The position numbers were made by a program, and so were the translations under genes. The notes below the pieces were generated by a model. It ran no database searches. It was given only the letters and a program-made list of their open reading frames with translations, and was not told where the DNA came from. 64,000 bases of DNA from Fimbriosthenelais zetlandica (Eukaryota), in the NCBI GenBank assembly GCA_977030845.1, contig OZ365112.1, positions 24,552,001 through 24,616,000 on the forward strand, read 5' to 3'. The stretch's first letter is position 1. Each line of letters starts with the position of its first letter. Shown here piece by piece: positions 40,802 to 53,389 of this stretch.

Positions 40802-40981
40802 GGCTGACCAGGAGATTTCAGACCACGTCCCAAAAATTGTGTCTAAACAAGTCGGAAATATTGTGATTTTAAAATAGTGTCGGTGAATGGGTCTAATATT
40901 TAATGTTTTGAACTTTCCAAAGCGAAAAATCTGAAACCCACGTGGTTCTGCCCCAAACTGGTCTGAACCCCCAGGTCAGCC
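40802..40981. mobile_element. MITE-like element, 180 bp, imperfect ~24-bp terminal inverted repeats
   Basis: Left GGCTGACCAGGAGATTTCAGACCA (40802-40825) versus reverse complement of right (40959-40981) GGCTGACCTGGGGGTTCAGACCA; AT-rich non-coding interior. No TSD identified. Confidence 0.5.
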
Positions 40982-41041
40982 CGCGGGGGCGGTGTTCGGG
41001 GGCACATTGACTGGTGCATTAATTAATCTGAATTGTCTTAC

Positions 41042-41171
41042 CTTCAGCCAGGTAGTCAGGAGGAAGTCGGATGACAGCTGTGCCTGATGACATGTTCCAG
41101 TACATATCAGCTGTTGACATCAATACGAATGGCTCCGAAGATCCAGTACCAATGTCTCAGATGATCCAGTC
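41042..41171 (-). ncRNA. Candidate internal exon (130 nt) of the same transcript
   Basis: Acceptor tttttttgtgttactttcag|G and donor AAG|GTAAGA; no through-open frame, ATG at 41120. Confidence 0.5.
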
Positions 41172-41853
41172 CTGAAAGTAACACAAAAAAATATCATAAA
41201 TAGAAACAGAGATGTGATTTAAAGAGTACAATTATTAGCATGAAAAACAGTGTGGTGCTTGGAAGAGGGGTGGGAAGGGAAAAGCAATGAGGAAGAGGGG
41301 AAGGTATGGTCAAGGAGGAAACTTAGGGGCGGTGTAAGGAACAGAGGGAGGGTTGGGCTGTGGAAAAGGAGAGGATGGTGCCTCACTATTAAGCCTTAAA
41401 GTTTTTATTTTACTTAAACACACATAGGTTATTTGTCTAAGCTATTCAGCGCGGTAGTATATATTTTTAGTCACACTCAATGCTTGTAATTTTAACAGTA
41501 CTTTAGACAAGATAAATGTTTGTTTTCATATTATATTAGCCCTCTAATCTAGGAAGGCCCCGTGTAATACATGTATAGTTACCAACACATTTGGTGGTCC
41601 ATTTTAATAGAAATGATATGCCAGTGCACATATTAATTTTGGATTATGACGTTTCACAAACCTCAGCAATGTGCGAGAGAGGACGCCATATTGTTCACAC
41701 TAGTTGAATCCTGAGACAACCTGCACAATTCAAGGTGCAATTTCTCCCCGATATCCAACATGTAACATCATATTAAACGTCAATATACATTCCCTACAAT
41801 ACGAACTTGATGTTCGACACGAAAATAGTTGAAAAATCAGGTTAAAAACTTAC

Positions 41854-41983
41854 ATTTTCGTGAATATTTCCGTAGGAATTAGAACTCCAACATGCAGGCT
41901 AGCTTCAAGGGCAACGAGGGGTCCACACATTTGTCATCAAGGGGTAGCAGGAGGTGTTCGGATCAATAAGCCAGTACAATGGT
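41854..41983 (-). ncRNA. Candidate internal exon (130 nt) of a minus-strand spliced transcript
   Basis: Acceptor cttttgccttatttcag|A and donor AAT|GTAAGT; stops in all three frames. Confidence 0.5.
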
Positions 41984-42424
41984 CTGAAATAAGGCAAAAG
42001 ATATGACTTTGCACATTCCGATAAAGGCAAAAAGATATACTAAAATACTTCGGAAAATGTGTTTTTCTATCCATACCATATTTTTATGATAGATTTCGGA
42101 GTAATTGCCTTAGAGAGAAGTCATAAGGGCAACGGTTTCTGAACACACCCAGGCTGACCAGTCAATCCTGATCCGCTAATTATAAGTTGGGGGTAGGGGT
42201 GGGGGTGCCAATAGCAGTGGCGGATAGAGGAGAAAACCTGTCTGTATTGCATTTTACGGGAGATTAAATACTTTCACTTTAATATTAGAATTAATGGTAG
42301 AATAAATTCCCGGGTGAGGAGGTGTGATACCCGCATAAATATCCTACCAAATATATTGCATTTGGAGGGCGATAGCCACATAATAGTCCGGAGGGGATAT
42401 ATTGAATATGAAATGGGAAAAGTT

Positions 42425-42505
42425 TGACATTGGTGGGATTCGAACCCATGTTTTTGTTGCATGTAAAATGGCAGTCCAACACCTTAACCACTCGGCCACT
42501 GAATC
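42425..42505 (-). pseudogene. tRNA-Ser(GCT)-like pseudogene or tRNA-derived SINE head
   Basis: Minus strand GATTCAGTGGCCGAGTGGTTAAGGTGTTGGACTGCCATTTTACATGCAACAAAAACATGGGTTCGAATCCCACCAATGTCA. A box (TGGCCGAGTGG), B box (GGTTCGAATCC) and long variable region resemble eukaryotic tRNA-Ser, but acceptor and anticodon stems pair poorly. Confidence 0.75.
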
Positions 42506-42597
42506 TGTTATGATTGAGCAGGTGTATAACAATTTATTTTTTTACAAGAGAGAGGCACTGTCATTTTAGCGCAGTTGGAAAAGAAGTGAAAAACCTA

Positions 42598-42677
42598 GTT
42601 TATGGTAGGAATAGAACCCATCTTGGCACGACCCTCGTATTAGGAGTTCAATGCCGTAACCATTGCTCCACAGACTG
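42598..42677 (-). pseudogene. Second, more decayed tRNA-like relic (CCT at anticodon position, Arg-like)
   Basis: Minus strand CAGTCTGTGGAGCAATGGTTACGGCATTGAACTCCTAATACGAGGGTCGTGCCAAGATGGGTTCTATTCCTACCATAAAC. Degenerate A box (TGGAGCAATGG), CT-CCT-AA loop, degenerate B box (GGTTCTATTCC); stems disrupted. Confidence 0.5.
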
Positions 42678-42808
42678 ACTGGTTGTTTTGCTGGTTTACA
42701 AGAAATTGTAGTACACGACAAGCGACGGTATAGATATATATATATATTAATGTCATATAAATACACAATTTAAAACTTTTAAAAATAAGTGAATAAATTA
42801 GCTTAATG

Positions 42809-42883
42809 TGTCTACTATTTTTTATGTCAACTACTTTTTGTCTACTAATTTTTACGTCAACTAATTTTTATATCTACTAATTG
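42809..42883. repeat. Short degenerate tandem repeat (TC(T/A)ACTA + T-run units)
   Basis: tctactattttttatg tcaactactttttg tctactaatttttacg tcaactaatttttata tctactaattg. Confidence 0.65.
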
Positions 42884-45800
42884 TTATTAGAAGTGAAGTC
42901 GGTGTAGTGAAGGAGGGGTGACCAACTTTTTGGGCTCTGCTCTGAAAAACATCTTGGACGTAAAATTCATGCCTTTGTCTCAGATTAGATATCATGCAAT
43001 AATGGAAATGTTAAAGATTGAGAAATCAACTAAGACACACTTTTCCATTATATTAGAAATATAGAAACTCCACTGCTAAAAACATGTGACAGAATTTTGA
43101 TACGATACTTTTGCATAACAGCATAGATTGACGCTGTTCAAGGATCGTCGTAGGCTTAATTATTTAATTATATTCATTATCATTGTGTAAATGGGGGAAT
43201 TCTACACGGGATATTATGTTAGCACTGAAAATTCCTCTGCCATAAAACGTGGAGTTATACTCTGCATCTCAATAATATCGGAAGCATCGTCCCTTCAAAA
43301 GCAGAGTGACGTCAGGCTTCGTAATGCATCCGCTGACCTATGAAATTAAAAGTATCATTTATGGCCCAGCTACATAATCGCAAATGATTAGGCCATAATT
43401 GCTTGCTTCCTATAGATCTCCCGGCTTCTGTGGCCTAAAAGAGATCAGGTCCAAGAAGAGCCAGATTTCCCAAGTAGATGACCTTCTGAGAAACGCAGGG
43501 TGGTAAGGGACACTCGTCTGTAGTTGCTTTTCCCCTGTTTGTTCATTCAATACTTGCTACAGTGCCCCTACAGGAAGTGCCACTGCGTGGAATTCGTATA
43601 AATCGATAAAGGAAAGAGGCGACAAGCAGTTCTATGACCTCTACTGTCTATGGAAAGCCATTGGATTTGTTCGCAGCCTCTCGTGACATCAATACATTCT
43701 GAATTGGTGGTGCATCAACAAATATTTTTTTTGTCTTGCCGATGTTAGATAAAGCTAGCAGACTGTCTCGACACATAAATGCACTTCCGTACAGCACAGA
43801 TCGGATAGACTCTCACCGAGGGAATAAATCACAATTATCAAGTGGTAAAATTAAACGATATATCAGTTCAGTTCAGTAATATATTCAAAATATTTCCATC
43901 TATAAGTCATATAAAATGATTATGTAATCGTCATGTGAGAACAAGGACTGAACATTATTAGCAGTTGACGTCATGTACAGTCTGTTTCATGTTTCATAAT
44001 CAAGGATGCAACAGTAGGTAATAATCATAAGCTCGTGGCTTACGATACTTATGAAACAGAAGTCTCCTACTCTCATGTACGAATATAGTTCTCCCTTCCA
44101 ATGATGCCAGGAAGTTCATGATCATACAGTGAAGTCTCATTCACGGGACTTAATGATAGTCAGTGTGGTTGATTTCGGGACTATATGCCTTAACGATGTT
44201 AAAATAACATTTCTTGCTTGCATAGTGAGCTGGTCGCTTTAGTGAGATGGTCGTGAGCCAAGACTCCACAATACCAGACTTTCAATCTTACGGCCGAAAT
44301 ATTTGGAGGTTTGCTGTGTCATACTTTCCTTATGGGCCGTCTTGTTGATCCCTGACCCTGGAAATGCCTCATTAATTAGAAGATATATATAGAGAGGCAA
44401 AGACACCAAGTACAAAGCGAAAGCCCTCCCTTCATCTGCCTCCCACATATTACTGGGGGCGGCAATATTTAACACACTGCTCTATGAACAGCGGATTAGG
44501 GGCCCACCTTTCAGAAAGGCCAATTGAGCCGAGGGGTCCGCGCTTATGCCACTCATGGCCTATAGATCTAGGGATTTAATGGAATAACACTGCTCGCAAA
44601 TAGACTGAGAAGCACGGGAGGAGACTGTGCCCAACCCCTTATATACTTGACACTTACACGGGCGTGTCAATCTGTGGACGGGGGTCCATGGTGAAACTGT
44701 TCTCATTGATGTTATATCAGTATCAATACATTATATTCATGTAAGGTACCATCCACAATTCCCATGGGCTTAGGACTATAAATCCATCAGGCTATGAATT
44801 ATTTGATCTTCGGTCGTAAAGTTATCTATATTATGGGCCATATGATTAGGTATACAATGTACAAACGTGAGAAAATTCCACAGCCACAGACTGCACCAAA
44901 ATTATGGAGTACTGTAGAAATTGGTGATAATATGGATGCCCGTAATAGACTCCTGTAAAAAACGCCTTCTTGGAGGATTCACCATTCCAGGATTCCACAA
45001 AATGAATCTACAAAGACTATGCCTAAACATGCACTCACCCTAAAACAAAACCAAGGATCCGAACTTCAATATTCCACTTTTCAGTTCGGAAACTCGAAAA
45101 AAGTGTGGATCTTCTTTGGCATATCTTCAGTATGGCATGAATCTAAATCTGTGGATCCCTCTTTGCTAATCGGGTTAGATCATAAGCTCTCAGACATCTT
45201 ATCCCCCACCAAGGACACTGGGAGGGGATCTGGGACTGTAATGACGTCATATAGCGTCTCTGATGTGCGGTGATGTCCACGCAAGTGGAGGGTAAACTAT
45301 GAGAGTGGCTGGCAGCTCTTTAGGCGGCATACAAACTGCTCGCAACCAGTATAAATCATTGGATTCTTTGCCTATTTTTAGCTGCTTTCTCACAATCAGG
45401 TTCTGATACTTTTTTGCCCTTCCACACCCAACTTCCCTTCTATGCTAGGGTAGCCCAGCTTTCTTTTCACTCTCTCGCCTACGTCTATAAAGGCAGCAAA
45501 ATGAAATGCTTTGTATTTCGTTATCATTTATTTACCTAAAGAATGCAATGAGGCTGACATTCAATTACTGTGTTGCATGTTCCCCTGTCGCGGCAGGGCT
45601 TGGGTATGTTGGAGGAACTAGTCCGCCAGTTGAATGGACTTTGTTAGGCGCTCTTCCCATAAAGGAACCGAGCACTAAGCGATGTGAATGGGCAATATTG
45701 TCAAATACACTCGGCCAAGGGAGGAGGAAGGAGAAAGAGGGAGAGGGAGATTCCCATCGCTGTTGTGCACTTAGAAACTTTCCTAATGCTGTAGATGTGC

Positions 45801-48800
45801 TTTGCCACTTTAGACGCGTTGAAAAGACATGAAAAACTGATAAAGTGACAGCTGCTACTGAAGGGCAGGCCAGGAAGTACTTCACATCCCCTCCTACACC
45901 ACTAGATGACCATACGCCACCATATTACTCCAAAAAAGGGCCTCCTTTCCAATTCTGTTCACTTCCGGTTTTGTTACCTCTGCAAGGCTTCGCTCTATTG
46001 CGCTCACTTGCCCTTGGGTCTGGTGACCGGAGTCAAATGATTGAGGTACTATTTTCAGGGGCGGCATTGTTACCAGGTACTACTTTATTCGCACGATTGT
46101 GGAAGAGGTGGTCGCAGCGAGCGTCCAGGGGACAGAGATCAGTGGCTGATCGCAGTCGCCAGCTGCCCCAACCTCATCTATCAGCCGCCAGCAGGAAATT
46201 GCTCTTGCCTTCAGAGGGGGCTGTTATGAAGCCAGTATTTTGGTGATCGCCTTTGACCAACTTGTTGATCACATTTACATGAAGTCCATGATGCGAAAAT
46301 GATATCGAAACGTGTATAGTATATACACGTTTCCATCAGAGAAAGGGGATAATCTAGTATACATATCAGAGGTTCTAAGGATTTCAGTGAAATATGGGAT
46401 TCTTGGACAATAATCTTATTGTACTGATATATATATTCGTTTGAAAATCACAGAGGTTTTTAAAGAGCAAGTTATGGATGTAAGGGTTCTCCCAAATGTT
46501 ACTCCGAATGTGCTGGAGCAGTTGCACCCCATTGGGGCGCTGTGTGGTTGTTCTGGTGGAGTAGCCATAAAAGTAACGTACGTTTGAACCAGTTGGAATC
46601 CATCCAACATTACTATCACAAACAAAGATCAACCTTAAATACTGCAAACCTATAGTAAGACAGGACATAAGATGCAATAATGTACCTGCTTTAAGACACA
46701 TGAGGTGCCAACACTTGGGCAGACAGAAAAAATATCAAAAGGGTTTCGATAAAGCTATGTTATGATCCTTTGCTTAATATGCCACCACAATGCATACGTG
46801 TGCTCCAATCAACAGGAATCCCCATGTGTCTCTCAACCCCATGCCCATCACATCCGTGACGAGATATCGCGCGATTTGTTGCATCATTCATGCCCTGTCA
46901 CCCCCCGTGAACATAGTCGCCAATGATATCCTATTTTCCCCTCCGTTTACACAATTTGGGAATCAGCCTATTTGGGCACACTTGACAGAGTCCTTAGCCT
47001 GTTTATTCTGCCCAATGGTTGTCACATAGGGTGCAGATGGCTCAACAACTGACTGTATAAAGCGACAAGCTCATGATATATAACGACTACACGGTGAGAA
47101 GCAAGTTTTAAACACATGTTATATAGATTATTAAAATGATTACTAAAGCAACCATCATAAGCTGTATGACGGTATACGACCGGAGATTACTCCATAGTCC
47201 AGCAATCCCGAGTGTTATATTAGTCGCATCCCACAGCCTCATCTAAATGCATCCTCAATCAGGCATTTTTTGGCAAAACATTCTTCTGCAGAATCAGACT
47301 TTCATTTTGTTCATCCTTCCTGATTTTGTAGAAATATATTTGATTCTTTTTCCTCTGTACCTTGTTTTATGTTCTTGTTATCATGCTCTGAGCTCTTCTC
47401 TTCCTTTTTTCTTCATAAGAGCATCATTGTTACTTTGATGCAGTACACGCGCTGTATCCTCCCCCGTATTGCCGTATTAATGTGACGCCAGCACGCTACA
47501 CGTACAGACCAAGTGTCCATTCTCTACAATTCATCATTTATCATTTATCACTTTGCTCAGGATGATGCCCTGCCTCCTGGCGCCATTGGCCTATTGACTG
47601 GAGGAGATTGTGGATGTTGCTTTGTCAATCCGTGGAGAGAAGAGTCCTTCCTGGATATCACACAGTAGAAACTGAAAGCTCATGTCTATAGGGCATGTTT
47701 CATAGGACGAATTAACACTCATTCACAACAGTGAAGTGTAGTTAATAATATATAGACACGAAAAGTCACAGTCCATAACATGTATTCTAAATATTTTTCT
47801 TTTAAATATGATTATGTCCTTCCGTATTTAAGACGAACAAAGTTTGCAGTAAACGTTTTATGAAGCAAACCCTGGTCAAGGCAATATAAGCATTGGGTCA
47901 ATCCCTGCCTTTTGCTCCCACATTAGATGTTCGTCCAAGCAATAACAACTAAACAATTGTGGTGAAAATCCAATTCCGGTGAACAATGTGTCACTGAACT
48001 CCTTAAAGCACGTTGCCTTCATAACGCTTCCATGAATAGTAATTGGAGGCCTTCCCGGAATCTGAGACATAATGGCCAAACCTCTGGTGGTTGCTTGACT
48101 GTGGAAAAACATGACAAAATGAAAATTCAAATGGGAAATTATAATGATTGACTTGGTAAAACACGGAAATGCATCTCACAAAGACACAACTTTTATCTAA
48201 AAGGTTCTCGTGGAAGCAGGTAAGGCTACCAAGCAATAATGTAGCTGCGAAAGATACGCTAAGTAAAAAGCTCGTAAGCAGGATCCAAGTTAGTTTGGAT
48301 TGAAGAAGTATCTACTGGGAACTATATATAGATGGGAAAAATAACGTTGATTTAACCCCTGGGAGTGAAGTGTGAGTGAGAAGCGTCAGTGCCCAGCTTC
48401 TCCCATTCATCTGCCATAAAGCCAGGAAGCCATAGAAGCTGAGGATTAACTCTCAAGGATCATTTCAGTGAAAATTGAAACACAAATTGTGCCTTCGTCA
48501 GGAGCGACCAGCAGAGTTGTCCATGTAAAGACAAAAGGACCAAAGCACAAAGACATGGGAAGGAAAAAAGTTGTGAAGAATTCAGGAAATCTTTGGATTA
48601 TTTCCGAAGGAAGACATGTCACTCACAGTCCTTTGAATGCTGAAGATGAAATCATTATAGTGGGCCTCTGAACATTGATTCAAAATTATCAACAGTGAAA
48701 GTCTTTAAAATGGATGGGAAGAATGCGCGGCCTACAAGTTCGTGCAAATCTATTAGATGATCTGTTGTGCGATTGACCCATCTGTGTACAAAACATCTAA

Positions 48801-49329
48801 GTAGTCACAAGCCTAATCCCACTATAATCAGAAACCAACACTTCCCATAAAAAAAACAAAGCCCACGCCCCATCTCAGGGGACTCAGGGGTCAGGTGTGG
48901 GTGGGTGTAATATTTGCGTCATAATATCAGTCGCGTGGTGCTGAATGCATAACGGACCCCAGCTATGTATTTCAAGAACATGCTCATCTCTGCTTGCCGT
49001 TACCTTGATGCCCGTTACCATAATGTCCGTTACCATCGGGCATCATGGTCAAAAACTCAACAATATTATAATCAACTTTCGTCTGAAACAGGCAGGCCCC
49101 CTGCAGAAGACTTCCTATCCTGAGAGGACCCATGACAGACATGCAGCCTTGTACATTGTCAATATGTCATGTCCATATTTCATTTTACATGTTAATAATG
49201 GTTTTGTTTTGGCTGGTTTCTTTATAATTCCCCTGGTCCTCAACCACAGCTGTCCTGCCCAACTGTGAAAACATGCACACAAACAAGAATATTTGGTCTT
49301 AATGTTTTTATGCTCACGCATAAAGGTTG

Positions 49330-49738
49330 GTTTCCATGGCAATGTTAAGTACCACACCATTATGTGTTTCCCTCCATTCTTAAGTATCACCACGGCACAT
49401 AGAGAAAAGTGATATTTGGACTGCCATGCAAGCACTGACAGTGTCGTAAGGACAACCATTCCCAGGTTGCCATTGGCAACAAGCTGGATATTTACATTCA
49501 CATTTACAACGTGCAGCTCAGTGACAAGTCTCGCACAAATCTTGGCACCATATTTTATTTGGTCGCTCATGTGTGTAGTCCCAGTTGTCGTCTACTAAAA
49601 GAGGACTTCCGGTCGCGTCATGAGAATGTTTGCCACAACGTCGCCCATCATGGAATTCGGAAAGACGTTATTAGGTAGGTCATTGGTGATAGCAAGGGTT
49701 TGCAGGGTTTCTTACATTATAGACTATCTATCCTTGCG
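49330..49738 (+). promoter_or_regulatory. Candidate promoter and first exon (RFX X-boxes, ETS site, splice donors)
   Basis: GTTTCCATGGCAAT 49330-49343; GTTGCCATTGGCAAC 49466-49480; ACTTCCGG 49605-49612; donors TAG|GTAGGT after 49674 and GCG|GTAAGT after 49738. Confidence 0.5.
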
Positions 49739-51514
49739 GTAAGTAAGCTATCACAGTTCCTTATCACACAGAGTGAATTGTCCATCAGTAATAGCGCTGA
49801 TATGATAGACACAGACAAGATTTCTTTAAGAATGGGTGATACATTTAGATTGCTTTTGTCTGATTCCAGGGAAAATTCTCATCCCAACTTACACTAAAGT
49901 GCTTCATTACTTCCTGTAAGATGACGCACAGTTTTAGTTTTTGCACCTACATTTATGGAATCATATTTGAGAAATTGATAGACTGCACAAAAAAGGGTCA
50001 TAACTCCCTGTGGATTGTCCCACTCTGCTCGTGAATTGCGGTAATACCCATCAATGAAGCCACACAAGAAAACTAAATGGAACTTGACTAACAGCTTACT
50101 TAATCCATGCTTCTAGTGCCCTATCATCAACTGTATACATATATGACTTTGATTTAACATAACAGGAAATTGGTTGTTTGACCTGACATGTCTGCATATA
50201 TATCACAAAGGACAATTTTGGTGATACATGGATAGAATTTCAGCGATCTATTATAACATTCAGTATAAAAATAAATATCTATTGTGGGAATTAGGCCAAT
50301 GTATGTCTGGTCTATTTCTATTTTCTATACTCTCCATCTTATTGTTGGTCTTCGCCGTTGGTGATGTTGGAAAATGTTTTCATTTGCCTACACATGGTCG
50401 CTCACTGACACACCCACACACTCGACTCACCCACACACACTGTGGCTGGCCCCGGGCTATGTATGTAGCTGTATTCTGGGGGAGGATATTGTTGGAAGCC
50501 ATGTATTGCATGTCACACAGTTTGGGTTTATTTCTACACCTCCCCCACACGCTTAATTCACGGTATAGCTCCGAGCGTAACTCAAAATGTGGTCTACAAA
50601 GTGTAGGATTGAATCAGCGAAAAGAGATCTGGGGCCTGTATCAGAAGGTACAAAGCTGCAATGGAAAGGCCTCAGGTTGGCCTAACATTGTTTAACATGC
50701 CCTTGGACATGCTAGAAAGGTTTGCCATACACGACATACATCTTTCATAACAAAGATGAGCGACCCAGTATGGGTCAAGGTATGGTCCATGTTTTAACGT
50801 TTTCTATCTCCTTCATTTTCTCACAACACAGATCCACCTCACAGTTTCTCTATCGATTTAAGCATGACGCCTGGGAGAATCTAGCAGTAGCATATTTGCA
50901 CAGGCTATATGTTGGAGGCAATAAAACAAACTTGGAATGTAGGCATATAATAATTATATAAATTACAGGTGTGAAGACATTGCTCATCCATTTTTTATAG
51001 AAGGCACAAATGTTTCACTTCATTTTCTGAAACAGTCCCTTATATTGTAATGGTCTATCAAATTATATAAATATTAAATTGCATTGCATGAGGTTTGGCT
51101 AACATATAATATTATTTAATATATTATTGTGAAAAGTTATTGACTTATTAGATATTAATGAGCGTTCACGTTTCATGCTTATTCACTGGCAGTGGGTTTG
51201 AAAAGCAATATGGCTGTGTTATGAATTATACCTTGATTATGCGGGCGTATATAGGAAGGAACCAAATGCTATATCCCCTATACATAAATTATAGACATGG
51301 GAACGAGACGCCAAATGCAACCGAGGTCATTTTTAGGCATTTCCGACATTGAATGCCACATTGTCAGAAGAACTTTTTGGCAATGTATAATAAAACGAAT
51401 TTACCTATTGCTATATAGGACGATTTTTTTTGCTTTGCTAAGATAAAAAGATCCCTTTGCTATGTAGGATAAAGGATCTTTTTACTATTATTTTTTTTGC
51501 ATTTTCTCCTGCAG

Positions 51515-51626
51515 GGATGAAGTTTTACGTTTAGCTTACAGAATTTAGCCTTTAAAAAACTATGAACGCCGCTCAATCTAAAATGTCTATATTCTTTGGT
51601 CTTGCCTTGATCTTAATGGCGTGAAG
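51515..51626 (+). ncRNA. Candidate non-coding exon (112 nt)
   Basis: Strong acceptor tttttttgcattttctcctgcag|G; donor AAG|GTAAAA; the frames expected from either 49.7 kb donor hit early stops. Confidence 0.4.
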
Positions 51627-53389
51627 GTAAAAAAGATAGGAGGCTTGACACGAAGGTAATGAATGCAGAGCGAGAGAGAAATTAATTTGGAGAGGTTAGT
51701 GCTTTGTGGTCTTGACAGCCACTTTCTGATATTGTATCCCGGGTCCCTGGAAAACGATGAAGATGGCTGATTAATGAGTAATATGACGAGGAGATTCCCA
51801 CATGATTACTCCAATACATGGAAGACAAGATGATTATGTGAAACATATTAATTGGGTCTCTCCTTAATTGGATCAGCATGGGAGCTATTGTCAATGCATG
51901 TGCAATGATAAAACTGCAACTGTCTGTCTTTACTTATTTAAAAGCATCCAAATAACATTTGGCCGATTTTAAGTGATTTTTGACGTCCTTATGCTCTTCA
52001 TCTGCCATGGGGGAGGACTTTGAAATGTAATCAACAATGGAATGACTATTCAGAGCCTACCAGGAATTTCACATGTGTTAAAACATTTTTCTGACATTAA
52101 TTGCGTCGGAAATTATATAGACGAATTTCACACTGTCGTTAATAAGCGTGGACTTGGTAGAGATTCATTATGAATTTAGAAACCTATTAGTGTCAGATAC
52201 TTTGCAAAATCATTTATCTTTCGTAAAAAGGTTTCAAGTTGAACTCAAAATAGGAAATAGTATCTAAACGGGGCCATTACAAATCATTCAGAGTCTAAAC
52301 TGTCCATCTCGTTAGCACATTCTATTTTGTACGTTAGGCAGCTATATAAAGGTCATCATAATAGGCCTATGGGGGCCGTTTCAGAAGCAGAATCAGCTGC
52401 ATTATCCTATACTCGATGACCAGACCAAGGGTATAAATTTCTTTAACTTGAATAATTATGCAAAGCCATAGTAAACATCAATTTTAATCTAATATGGGTC
52501 AGTAATATCTCATCAGTATGCACCATGTGCATAGGACTGTCATTCAATTCACTAATTACTTTCTACATAGAGCAGAGACGTATATAAATATAGTCACCAC
52601 ATGGCTACCACCGACAAGGCCTGGACCTTTATCATAGTAAGCATGTAACGTTACTATTAACAAATGTTAAGTTTATGTGTTTTTTTAAACATGCCCCTGG
52701 AGCAAATGAGGAGCCTGTTTTATAATATGATACTATTTTCTAAATGCATAAATTGTATATTTCGGAACCGTGCTCCGGGCTGCATTCTAGCTGGGCTGAG
52801 CGAAAGCTTCAATCAAAGAATGAGTTGCAATTTAAGGGGACGCAAAATCCCTCAAAAGAGGTCTTCAAGCGTTTTGCCTCTCGCTTAGCTTTCATTTCAA
52901 CGAGCTTTAGCAAAGCAAAACAGTTCCAGATTTATAAACTTAAGCCTTAACTTTGTCTCTTGGCAAATATAGTGTCCCAAACTGGACATTCATTTTTAAA
53001 AGACCTCAAAATATAACAGTAGACAGGAGTGAAATAATGTGGATCCATGTTTCTTTTATTCATTATACACAGGAAATAAATATGTCACATCAGATCTGAT
53101 ATACAAAAATAACTGGTTCCAATTAATCTGATCGTTCCACCTGCATCAACAATACGCCAATTTCAATAAAAGATACACGTCTGCTACCTGTTATCTTTTT
53201 ATAATGTCTACACTTTGATGAGTGCGTCTGATAAGGATACTCTGTCAACAATATTACACTACACGAGCGCCTAAATCACCAACGTGATGAATGGATTGAA
53301 CAGCCAGCACATGCCTAAGTAGACACTGGTAACTTTTTTACTAGCCTTTAATTGGCATTGGCATTAATATTTTCCCCTTTTTTCCTCAG

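Noticed and set aside
42425-42505. Functional tRNA-Gly(GCC) or tRNA-Ser
   Set aside because: Acceptor stem has three mismatches and the anticodon stem is largely unpaired; treated as a relic.
38643-42866. Shared TCAACTAATT between the hairpin cassette and the 42.8-kb repeat as paired element ends
   Set aside because: Only 10 AT-rich bases in the same orientation; compatible with chance.
45506-46246. Two same-frame plus ORFs separated by one TGA (readthrough or selenocysteine idea)
   Set aside because: No recognisable domain, no supporting splice structure, no SECIS identified; a GC-richer segment readily gives long open frames.
47876-48130. PPITIHGSV...LDEHLMW resembling the end of an L2/CR1 RT domain
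   Set aside because: Key KFLG residues are absent and the spacing is about 18 aa too long; unsupported without a search.
49650-49738. Coding first exon MEFGKTLL... with good Kozak context
   Set aside because: Both possible donors lead to early stops in the next candidate exon (51515); no protein family recognised.
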